A stretch of 32,000 nt of DNA from Mycobacterium tuberculosis H37Rv (GTDB taxonomy: Bacteria; Actinomycetota; Actinomycetes; Mycobacteriales; Mycobacteriaceae): NCBI RefSeq assembly GCF_000195955.2, contig NC_000962.3, forward strand, positions 4,230,001-4,262,000, read 5' to 3'. This document shows, in pieces, positions 24,380 through 32,000 of this stretch; the stretch's first letter is position 1; every line of letters starts with the position of its first letter. The translations under genes were made by a program, and so were the position numbers. The notes below the pieces were generated by a model. It had not been told where the DNA came from. It saw only the letters and a list, made by a program, of their open reading frames with translations, and made no database searches.

Positions 24380-25948
24380 CTAGACCGGGATCAGGCCGTG
24401 CTTGCGGCCCACCCGCCACCACAGCTGCTTGTCCCGCAGCAGGTGCATCGACTTGCGCAACAGCAGCCGGGTCTCATGCGGGTCGATGACGGCATCGATG
24501 AACCCGCGCTCGGCGGCGATCCACGGGATCGCCATGTTGAGGTTGTAATTCTCGACGAAGCTCTTCCGGATCGCTTGCGCCTCCGGCGCATTCGGGTCCG
24601 GGAAACGCTTCATCAGCAACTGCGCGGCCCCGTCGGCGCCGATCACCGCGATGCGCGCGGTGGGCCAGGCGAAGTTCAGGTCGGCGGTCAGCTGCTTGGA
24701 CCCCATCACCGCGTAGGCACCGCCGTAGGACTTGCGGATGGTGATCGTCACCTTCGGCACATCAGCCTCGACCACCGCGTACAAGAACCTCCCACCGCGC
24801 TTGATGATCCCGTTCTTTTCCTGTTCCACCCCGGGCAAAAACCCCGGTGTGTCCACGACGAACACCAGCGGGATGTCGAACGCGTCGCTAAACCGGATGA
24901 ACCGTGCGGCCTTGTCGGACGCCTCGTTGTCGATCGCCCCCGACATGTGCATGGGCTGGTTGGCCACCACACCAACGGTCCGCCCGTCCACCCGCGCGTA
25001 GCCGGTGATGATCGCCTGCCCGGCCTGGGCAGCGACGTCGAGGAAGTCGCCGTCGTCGAAGATCCGCAGCAGGACCTCGTGCATGTCGTAGGCCATGTTG
25101 TCCGAGTCCGGCACGATCGAGTCGAGTTCCAGATCGTGGCCGGTGATTTCGGGTTCCAGCCCGGGGTTGACGACCGGCGGTTTGTCGAAGCAGTTGGACG
25201 GCAGAAACGACAGAAAGTCCCGCACGTACTGGTATGCGGCGGCCTCGGACTCCACCACCTGATGGATGTTGCCGTAGCTCGCCTGGTGGTCGGCGCCCCC
25301 CAGCTCGTCGAGGCTGACGTCCTCACCGGTGACGTCCTTGATGACGTCGGGGCCGGTGACGAACATGTAACCCTGGTCGCGCACCGCCACCACCAGATCG
25401 GTCTGGATCGGCGAATACACCGCTCCCCCAGCGCATTTGCCCAAAATGATGGAGATCTGCGGCACCAGCCCACTGAGCAGTTCGTGGCGGCGCCCCAGCT
25501 CGGCGTACCAGGCCAGCGAGGTGACGGCGTCTTGGATGCGGGCGCCGCCGGAGTCGTTGATGCCGACGATCGGGCAGCCGACCATCGCGCACCACTCCAT
25601 CAGCCGGGCCACCTTGCGGCCAAACATCTCCCCGACGGTGCCGCCGAACACGGTTTGGTCGTGCGAGAACACGCCGACCGGCCGGCCGTTGATGAGGCCA
25701 TGTCCGGTGACCACGCCGTCCCCGTAGAGCGCGTTGGGGTCACCGGGGGTGCGGCACAGCGCTCCGATCTCCATGAAGCTACCCGGATCGACCAGCTCGT
25801 AGATGCGGGCGCGGGCACTCGGGATGCCCTTCTTGTCGCGCTTGGCGGCGGCCTTCTCACCGCCGGGTTCCTTGGCCAACTCCAGGCGTTCGCGCAGCTC
25901 CGCCAGCTTCTCGGCGGTGGTATGCAGAACCGGCTCGGTGACGGTCAC
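24380..25948 (-). CDS. accD4: Acyl-CoA carboxylase carboxyltransferase beta subunit AccD4, Rv3799c
   Basis: 522 aa ([22 protein letters not shown]...). It is carboxyltransferase-like along its whole length (GGARIQD, and a GGAYAVMG-type motif). The GTG start at 25946-25948 overlaps the pks13 TGA (GTGA). Confidence 0.95.
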   Translation of the reverse strand: MTVTEPVLHTTAEKLAELRERLELAKEPGGEKAAAKRDKKGIPSARARIYELVDPGSFMEIGALCRTPGDPNALYGDGVVTGHGLINGRPVGVFSHDQTVFGGTVGEMFGRKVARLMEWCAMVGCPIVGINDSGGARIQDAVTSLAWYAELGRRHELLSGLVPQISIILGKCAGGAVYSPIQTDLVVAVRDQGYMFVTGPDVIKDVTGEDVSLDELGGADHQASYGNIHQVVESEAAAYQYVRDFLSFLPSNCFDKPPVVNPGLEPEITGHDLELDSIVPDSDNMAYDMHEVLLRIFDDGDFLDVAAQAGQAIITGYARVDGRTVGVVANQPMHMSGAIDNEASDKAARFIRFSDAFDIPLVFVVDTPGFLPGVEQEKNGIIKRGGRFLYAVVEADVPKVTITIRKSYGGAYAVMGSKQLTADLNFAWPTARIAVIGADGAAQLLMKRFPDPNAPEAQAIRKSFVENYNLNMAIPWIAAERGFIDAVIDPHETRLLLRKSMHLLRDKQLWWRVGRKHGLIPV

Positions 25949-28900
25949 TGCTTGCCTACCTCACTTGTTCGATCGGCCTCGATCTGCCCCAACGCGCGGC
26001 TCATGTGTTCGCCCACCTTGGCGATGATCGGCTCGTCGATGGCCTGAATGTGCTCGCCACCGATCGGCACCACCTCGAGGTCGGAAACGTACTCGCCCCA
26101 CCCGCCGTCCGGCTGGCGCACGGCGTAGCGGGGCTCGAACATGATCGCGTCGTCATGGTAGCGATCGGCCATGTAGAGGGTGACATGCCCGTCGTACGGC
26201 TGGATCTGGGCGGTGTCGATCGCCCGGTTGTCCAGATACGACGTGCGTTGGTGTTCGATGATCCCGGCCGGGATCTGCACACCGGACTGGCTGACGGCGT
26301 CCAGCACGAACCGGACCTGGCCCTCGTCGTCGAGCTCCTCGAGCTGCTCGTACGGGATCGCCGGGATGGTCACGTTGAACGTCTTCTCGGCGAAGGCGGC
26401 GTAGCGGTCCCAGCGCTTGCGGATCTCCTCCTTGGTCTGCGGGATCTCCTCACCGGCGCGCACCGCGTCGATCAGCCCGACGAACCGCACGTCCTTGCCC
26501 AGCCGCCGCAAACCGATCGCGCACGCGTAGGCCAGCACACCGCCCAGCGACCAACCCACCAGGACATAGGGCCCGTCGCCCTGCATCTCGATCAGCTTCG
26601 GCACGTACTGCTGTGCACGCTCTTCGATCGACCCCTCGACCCGTTCGAAGCCATACATTGGGGTGTCCGCCGGCAGCCGGCCCAGCAGCGGCTCGTACAC
26701 CACCGTCGAGCCGCCGGCCGGATGAAACACGAACACCGGCACCTTCCCGCCTGCTTCGGGCCGCGCCCGCAGGGTGCGGACGAACCCATCGATCTGCCCG
26801 GCCTCCAAATACGTGCGCACCTTGTCGGCCAGCGCCTCGATGTTCGACGACGTCAGCACGTCCTCGGCGGTGATCGGGCCTTCGGCGCGCTCGGAAAGCC
26901 GCTGCGCAATCTTGGCCGCGGCCTCGTCGTCCAGCCTGGGCAGCTCGTTGAAGATGCCGCCCGGGGACTTGCCGGTGACGATCGCCCAGGTGGCGAAGGT
27001 GACCCGCTCGGCAGCGTCCCGCGGCGGCACGTCGACGTTGAGCGCGGGCCCTGTCGGGTTTGGCTGCTCGCCGTTTTGCGGCGACGGGAGCGCAACCCCG
27101 GCTTCCGAGTCGACCGGCTCGGTCTTGCCCACCTTGCCATGCAGCAATTCGGCCTGGGCCCGCGCGATCTCCTCAGCGGTCTGGGTTTTCTGGTGCTCGT
27201 GCAGCTGCTGCACCTCGTCACGGTGCTCGACCGCGTATTCGATCAGCTTCTCCACGTTGTAGAGGTTGGCGTCGCGCACCGCGGTCAGCTGGATCGGTGG
27301 CAGGTCGAAGTCGTACTCGACGCGGTTTTTGATGCGCACCGCCATCAGCGAGTCCAGGCCAAGCTCGATCAGCGGCACCTCCCACGGCAGGTCCTCGGGC
27401 TCATAGCCCATCGCAGACCCGACAATCAGGCCCAGCCGCTCGGCGATGGTCTCACCGGAATCAGGCGACCATCGGGTCATGCCGGACGGCATGTAACGGG
27501 TGGTCAGGCTGTCCGAAAGCGTCTCGGCGTCCGCGTCTTCGGCGGGCGTTTCCGGCGCGACAGGCGCCCCGTCCGCAACCGCGATCGCCGTCGCCGCACC
27601 CACCGCGGTGGGCAACACCGATTCGGACCCCGCTCGGGACACCAGGGCGTCGTAGACCAGCGTGAAGGACTCGTCGATGCGGGCGTGCACCTGCACCGAG
27701 GCGCCGCCGGGGTGACGGGTCATCGTCGTCACCAGCCGGGCGCCGTCGCCGGGCACCGCGCGCTGCTCGGCGGCGGTCAGTTGCGCGTCCGGAAGCACGT
27801 GGGCGGCGGCGGCCCTGACCAACGCGGCCAAGTCCACATTGCCGTCCCGCGGCGCGTACTCCCAGACGTGCCGCCCATCCGGCAGGGCGACATGGGTGCC
27901 CGGCATGTACGTCGAGCCGTCGCCGGAGAAGTGCGCGGGCAGCCAGTGCTCCTTGCGCTTGAACCGGGTCGGCGGAATGTTCGCGTAATCCTGCGGCCCA
28001 CTGGCGCGGCTAAACAGCGTGCGTATGTCCAGGTCGTGGCCGTACACATACAGCTGCGCCATGGTCGAGACCATCGAGGAGACCTCGTCTTGCTTGCGGG
28101 CCAGCGTCGGGATCAACTGGGCGTCATGCAGCCCGGCATCGGCGGTGGTCAGGGCGACCTGCATCAGCGCCACCGGATTGGGTGCCAGCTCCAGGAAGGT
28201 GGTGTGCCCGCTGTCGACGGCGTTGCGGATGCCGTGGGTGAAGTAGACGGAATGCCGCAGCCCCTTCTTCCAGTATTCGACGTCGTGGATGGGTTCGCCG
28301 CCGGGTTTGATGTAGCGGCCCTCGTGCACCGTCGAGAAGATCCCACACGTCGGGCTCGTCGGCTTGATGCCTTGCAGCTCCGCGGTGAGCTCGCCCAGCA
28401 GCGGGTCCATCTGCGAGGTGTGGCTGGCGCCCTTGGTCGCGAATTTGCGGGCGAACTTGCCCTCGGCCTCGGCGCGGGCAAGGATCGCGTCCACCTGCTC
28501 GGGGGGGCCGCCGATGACCGTCTGGGTGGGCGCGGCGTAGACACACACCTCCAGATCGGGGAAGTCGGAGAACACTTCTCTGATTTCGTCGGCGGAGTAT
28601 TCCACCAGCGCCATCAACCGGATGTACTCGCCGAACAGCATCGCCTCACCCTCGCCCATCAGGTGCGAGCGCGAGCAGATCGCCCGGGTGGCATCCCGCA
28701 GCGACAGCCCGCCGGCGAAGTAGGCCGACGCGGCCTCACCCAGCGACTGGCCGATGACCGCGGCCGGTTTGGCGCCGTGATGGCGCAGCAGCTCACCCAG
28801 CGCGATCTGGATCGCGAAGATGGTGACCTGGGTGGTCTCGATGCCGTAGTCCTGCGCGTCGTCCAGGATCAGCTCCAGCACCGAGTAGCCCAGCTCGTCT

Positions 28901-31146
28901 TGGACCAGGGCGTCGACCTTCTCGATCCACGCCGCGAACACCTCGTTGCGCAGGTACAGGCTCTTGCCCATCTTGCGATGCTGGGCGCCGAATCCGGCGA
29001 GCACCCAGACCGGGCCGGTGGTCACCGGCCCGTCGACGCTGAACACGTTCGGCGCCTGCTTGCCCGCGGCGACCGCGCGCAGGCCCTTGATGGCCTCGTC
29101 GTGGTCGTGGGCCAACACCACCGCGCGGGAACGGCCGTGGTTGCGCCGCGACAACGACCTGCCGATCGATTCCAGCGAGGAGGCCTGGCCTTCCGGGCTT
29201 TGCATCCAGTCCGCCAACTCGGCGGCCGCCGCCTTCTTGCGGGACGTCAGAAACGCCGACACCGCCAACGGGACCAATGGTGCCGTAACCTCTTGGGCCG
29301 CAAGCTCTTCCAACGCGGCTTCCTTGAGCCGCAGCGCCTCCTCGGTGACTCCGGGCAGTTCGGGCTCCGGCTCTTCGGCGACCGCCGAGTCGGTGATGAT
29401 GTTGCCGAACTCGTCGAACCGCAGCGCGTGGCCTGCCAACGTGGGCGCCTCGGCGGGTTCGGCGGCCGCCTTGGGTTCCGGCTCGGGTTCCGGTTCCTTT
29501 TCCACCACGTCACGCGGCAGGACCTCGCGCACCACCACGTGCGCGTTGGCGCCGCCGAAGCCGAAGCTGGACACCCCGGCCAGCGCGTAGCCGCCGTATC
29601 GCGGCCAGTCGGTGGGCGTGGTGATCATCTTCAACCGCATCGCGTCGAAGTCGATGTAGGGGCTGGGGCCGGCGAAGTTGATCGACGGCGGCAGTTTGTC
29701 GTGCTGCAGCGCCAGCACCACCTTGGCCATGCTGGCCGCGCCGGCCGCCGATTCCAGGTGCCCGACGTTGGTTTTCACCGCACCCAGCAGCGCCGGCCGA
29801 TCGGCCGGACGGCCCCTACCGACCACCCGGCCCAGCGCCTCGGCCTCGATTGGGTCGCCGAGGATGGTGCCGGTGCCGTGCGCCTCGATGTAGTCGACGG
29901 TGCGCGGATCGATGCCGGCGTCCTTGTAGGCCCGGCGCAGCACGTCGGCCTGCGCGTCCTGGTTGGGTGCGATCAGGCCGTTGGACCGGCCGTCGTGGTT
30001 GACCGCGCTGCCGGCGATCACGGCCAGGATCGCGTCGCCGTCGCGGCGGGCGTCGTCGACCCGCTTGAGCACCAGCATGCCGCCGCCTTCGGAGCGGGTG
30101 TAGCCGTCGGCGTCGGCTGAGAACGACTTGATCCGGCCGTCGGGCGCCAGCACCGCACCGATCTCGTCGAAACCCAGGGTGACCATCGGTGTGATCAACG
30201 CGTTCACCCCGCCGGCGACCACTACGTCGGCCTCGCCGTTGCGCAGCGCCTGCACCCCCTGGTGGATGGCCACCAGCGAACTCGAGCACGCGGTGTCAAT
30301 GGTGACCGACGGTCCGTGGAAGTCGTAGAAGTAGGACACCCGGTTGGCGATGATCGAGCTGCTGGTGCCGGTGATCGCATACGGGTGCGCGACCGTCGGG
30401 TCCGACACCGCCAGGAAGCTGTAGTCGTTGGTGGAGCTGCCGATGTACACACCGACGGCCTGGCCGCGCAGGCTCGACGCCGGGATGCGGGCGTGCTCGA
30501 GCGCCTCCCAGGTCAGCTCCAGCGCCATCCGCTGCTGCGGGTCGATGTTGTCGGCTTCGGTCTTGGCCACCGCGAAGAACTCCGAATCGAAGCCCTTGAT
30601 GTCCTTCAGGTAGCCGCCCCGGGTGCGGGCCCCGGCGACCCGCGCGGCCAGCCGCGGCTCTTCGAGGAATTCCGACCAGCGCCCGTCGGGCAGGTCGGTG
30701 ATCCCGTCGCGGCCTTCCAGCAGCGCCTGCCAGGTCTGCTCGGGGGTGTTCATCTCGCCCGGGAAGCGGGTGGACAAGCCCACGATCGCGATGTCGACGC
30801 GCTCGGCCGGGCCGGTGCGCGACCAGTCTTCGGCGTCATCGCCCGCTAGGTCGGTCTCCGGCTCGCCCTCGATGATCCGGGTGGCCAGCGATTCGATGGT
30901 CGGATGCGCGAACGCCACCGCGACCGACAGCGTGACCCCGGTCAGGTCTTCTATGTCGGCGGCCATCGCGACGGCATCGCGCGACGACAGACCCAGCTCC
31001 ACCATGGGCACCGATTCGTCGATCGAGTCCGGTGCCTTTCCGACGGCCTTACCCACCCAGTTGCGCAGCCACTGGCGCATCTCGGGGACCGTTAGCTCGG
31101 CCCTTTCGGCGGGGGCGTTCTCCTGGGATTCCGCTACGTCAGCCAT
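25945..31146 (-). CDS. pks13: Mycolic-acid condensase polyketide synthase Pks13 (ACP-KS-AT-ACP-TE), Rv3800c
   Basis: 1733 aa. N-terminal ACP motif LGLSSRD, with Ser55 encoded by TCG on the minus strand at 30982-30984. KS motifs [15 protein letters not shown] and NVGHLE. AT motif GQSLGE. Second ACP motif [11 protein letters not shown] motif GWSLGG. The ATG at 31144-31146 is 6 nt after the fadD32 stop. Confidence 0.97.
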   Translation of the reverse strand: MADVAESQENAPAERAELTVPEMRQWLRNWVGKAVGKAPDSIDESVPMVELGLSSRDAVAMAADIEDLTGVTLSVAVAFAHPTIESLATRIIEGEPETDLAGDDAEDWSRTGPAERVDIAIVGLSTRFPGEMNTPEQTWQALLEGRDGITDLPDGRWSEFLEEPRLAARVAGARTRGGYLKDIKGFDSEFFAVAKTEADNIDPQQRMALELTWEALEHARIPASSLRGQAVGVYIGSSTNDYSFLAVSDPTVAHPYAITGTSSSIIANRVSYFYDFHGPSVTIDTACSSSLVAIHQGVQALRNGEADVVVAGGVNALITPMVTLGFDEIGAVLAPDGRIKSFSADADGYTRSEGGGMLVLKRVDDARRDGDAILAVIAGSAVNHDGRSNGLIAPNQDAQADVLRRAYKDAGIDPRTVDYIEAHGTGTILGDPIEAEALGRVVGRGRPADRPALLGAVKTNVGHLESAAGAASMAKVVLALQHDKLPPSINFAGPSPYIDFDAMRLKMITTPTDWPRYGGYALAGVSSFGFGGANAHVVVREVLPRDVVEKEPEPEPEPKAAAEPAEAPTLAGHALRFDEFGNIITDSAVAEEPEPELPGVTEEALRLKEAALEELAAQEVTAPLVPLAVSAFLTSRKKAAAAELADWMQSPEGQASSLESIGRSLSRRNHGRSRAVVLAHDHDEAIKGLRAVAAGKQAPNVFSVDGPVTTGPVWVLAGFGAQHRKMGKSLYLRNEVFAAWIEKVDALVQDELGYSVLELILDDAQDYGIETTQVTIFAIQIALGELLRHHGAKPAAVIGQSLGEAASAYFAGGLSLRDATRAICSRSHLMGEGEAMLFGEYIRLMALVEYSADEIREVFSDFPDLEVCVYAAPTQTVIGGPPEQVDAILARAEAEGKFARKFATKGASHTSQMDPLLGELTAELQGIKPTSPTCGIFSTVHEGRYIKPGGEPIHDVEYWKKGLRHSVYFTHGIRNAVDSGHTTFLELAPNPVALMQVALTTADAGLHDAQLIPTLARKQDEVSSMVSTMAQLYVYGHDLDIRTLFSRASGPQDYANIPPTRFKRKEHWLPAHFSGDGSTYMPGTHVALPDGRHVWEYAPRDGNVDLAALVRAAAAHVLPDAQLTAAEQRAVPGDGARLVTTMTRHPGGASVQVHARIDESFTLVYDALVSRAGSESVLPTAVGAATAIAVADGAPVAPETPAEDADAETLSDSLTTRYMPSGMTRWSPDSGETIAERLGLIVGSAMGYEPEDLPWEVPLIELGLDSLMAVRIKNRVEYDFDLPPIQLTAVRDANLYNVEKLIEYAVEHRDEVQQLHEHQKTQTAEEIARAQAELLHGKVGKTEPVDSEAGVALPSPQNGEQPNPTGPALNVDVPPRDAAERVTFATWAIVTGKSPGGIFNELPRLDDEAAAKIAQRLSERAEGPITAEDVLTSSNIEALADKVRTYLEAGQIDGFVRTLRARPEAGGKVPVFVFHPAGGSTVVYEPLLGRLPADTPMYGFERVEGSIEERAQQYVPKLIEMQGDGPYVLVGWSLGGVLAYACAIGLRRLGKDVRFVGLIDAVRAGEEIPQTKEEIRKRWDRYAAFAEKTFNVTIPAIPYEQLEELDDEGQVRFVLDAVSQSGVQIPAGIIEHQRTSYLDNRAIDTAQIQPYDGHVTLYMADRYHDDAIMFEPRYAVRQPDGGWGEYVSDLEVVPIGGEHIQAIDEPIIAKVGEHMSRALGQIEADRTSEVGKQ

Positions 31147-31152
31147 GGGTCC

Positions 31153-32000
31153 TCAGTCCGAAGTGGCGAAGACCGTCGGGGAACCCACGCCACTGCGCAG
31201 GCTGCCGTCGAGGTAGGCCGCACGGCAGGCGCGGCGGCCGATCTTGCCGCTGGAGGTTCGCGGAATCGTGCCGGCCGACACCAGCAGGACGTCACGCACG
31301 GTCACCCCATGCCCGACGGCGATGGCCGCCCGGATGTCATCGACGATGGGCTGGTGGTCGAGCTTATGCGTGCCGGCCGCCCGTTCGCCGACGATCACCA
31401 GCTGCTCGGAGGTGTCCTCGGGGTCGAATTTCAGCCCGGCGTGCGAGTCGTCGAACACTGTCTGAGGAAGCTGGTTGGCCGGAACCGAGAAGGCCGCCGC
31501 GTAGCCAACCCGCAACGCCTTGGTCGACTCCTGCGCCGTGCACTCGAGATCCTGTGGGTAGTGATTGCGGCCGTCGATGATGACGAGGTCCTTGATCCGG
31601 CCGGCTATGTAGAGGTGGTCCTTGAAGTAGGTGCCGTAGTCGCCGGTACGCACCCACAGCGCGTCGTCTGGGGCGCCCTCGGCGCGCGACTCGCTGATCC
31701 GCGATTTGAGGATGTTCTTGAAGGTCTGGGCGGACTCTTCTTCTTTGCCCCAATAACCGGTACCCAAGTTGTTGCCGTGCAGCCAGATCTCACCGATCTG
31801 TCCGTCCGGCAGTTCGCTGGCCGTGTCGGCGTCGACGATGACCGCCCATTCGCTGACCCCGACCTTGCCCGCAGAGACCTGGGCGACGGCGTTGGGTGCA
31901 TCGGCGGCCACCTCAACGAACCGCTGGTTGTTCAGCTCGTCGCGGTCCACGTGGATCACGGTGGGCACCTCGTCCATCGGCGTGGTCGAGACGAACAGCG
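31153..32000 (-). CDS. fadD32: Fatty-acyl-AMP ligase FadD32, C-terminal ~281 codons (gene continues beyond the window end), Rv3801c
   Basis: The frame stays open upstream of the track's Met (31977) to the window edge (...[20 protein letters not shown]...). Adenylate-forming enzyme motifs are [36 protein letters not shown] and SSGKIGRR. Stop TGA at 31153-31155. Confidence 0.9.

Noticed and set aside
24347-26047. 566-aa plus-strand ORF antisense to accD4
   Set aside because: It is a shadow ORF of a well-supported carboxyltransferase gene. Its apparent start (MGAFTSAR...) is simply the right arm of the palindromic repeat read in frame.
26005-30120. 1371-aa plus-strand ORF antisense to pks13, plus the other long antisense ORFs in this block (27777..28049, 28124..28546, 29816..30289)
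   Set aside because: This is a typical high-GC shadow frame. The composition is Arg/Gly/His/Asp/Val-rich and low in complexity, with no recognisable motifs. It is completely covered by a recognised 1733-aa multidomain PKS on the other strand.
1-32000. Search for a defence system, toxin-antitoxin pair, prophage, secretion system or biosynthetic novelty, prompted by the suggestion that one may be present
   Set aside because: Every ORF of substantial size is accounted for by a recognisable core cell-envelope or lipid-metabolism gene or by IS1557. No orphan multi-gene block, no small adjacent TA-like ORF pair and no nuclease, ATPase or reverse-transcriptase type domains were seen. Claiming a new system here would not be supported by the sequence.

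Overview
This high-GC window is the Mycobacterium tuberculosis-complex cell-envelope biosynthesis locus, H37Rv genes Rv3783 (3' end) to Rv3801c (3' part). From memory, embB codon 306 sits at H37Rv 4247429-31. That would place the window at about 4230001-4262000, but I have not verified this.

Plus strand, in order:
- 3' tail of the rfbD permease gene
- Rv3784 epimerase/dehydratase
- Rv3785 (unknown function)
- Rv3788 (Gre-factor homologue)
- Rv3789 (GtrA-like), then dprE1, dprE2, aftA and embC, tightly coupled
- an 85-bp promoter spacer, then embA-embB
- Rv3796 (MBL-fold exported protein)
- fadE35
- an IS1557 (ISL3-family) copy

Minus strand:
- Rv3787c (SAM methyltransferase) and Rv3786c (GT2 plus M23-like fusion)
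- the mycolate condensation operon: fadD32 (truncated by the window end), pks13, accD4

I found no rRNA, tRNA, CRISPR, prophage or defence-island signatures. I see no convincing evidence for an undescribed multi-gene system. This is a core, heavily studied locus.

The most interesting signal not explained by genes is a family of three ~58-62-nt near-perfect palindromic elements.
- They probably belong to the TRIT-type mycobacterial hairpin repeat, but that identification is from memory.
- Two of them overlap the annotated 5' ends of aftA and embB.
- The third was hit at its apex by IS1557, leaving a clean 8-bp target duplication.
- The copies show compensatory base-pair changes.

Secondary observations:
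- The embA -10 hexamer coincides with known ethambutol-resistance promoter positions.
- The drug-resistance codons in embB and dprE1 are wild type.
- Rv3786c carries a degenerate M23 domain fused to a cytoplasmic-looking glycosyltransferase.
- fadE35 and Rv3796 have leaderless-type promoter geometry.

Everything here comes from reading the sequence by eye plus recalled family knowledge. No searches or folding computations were run.
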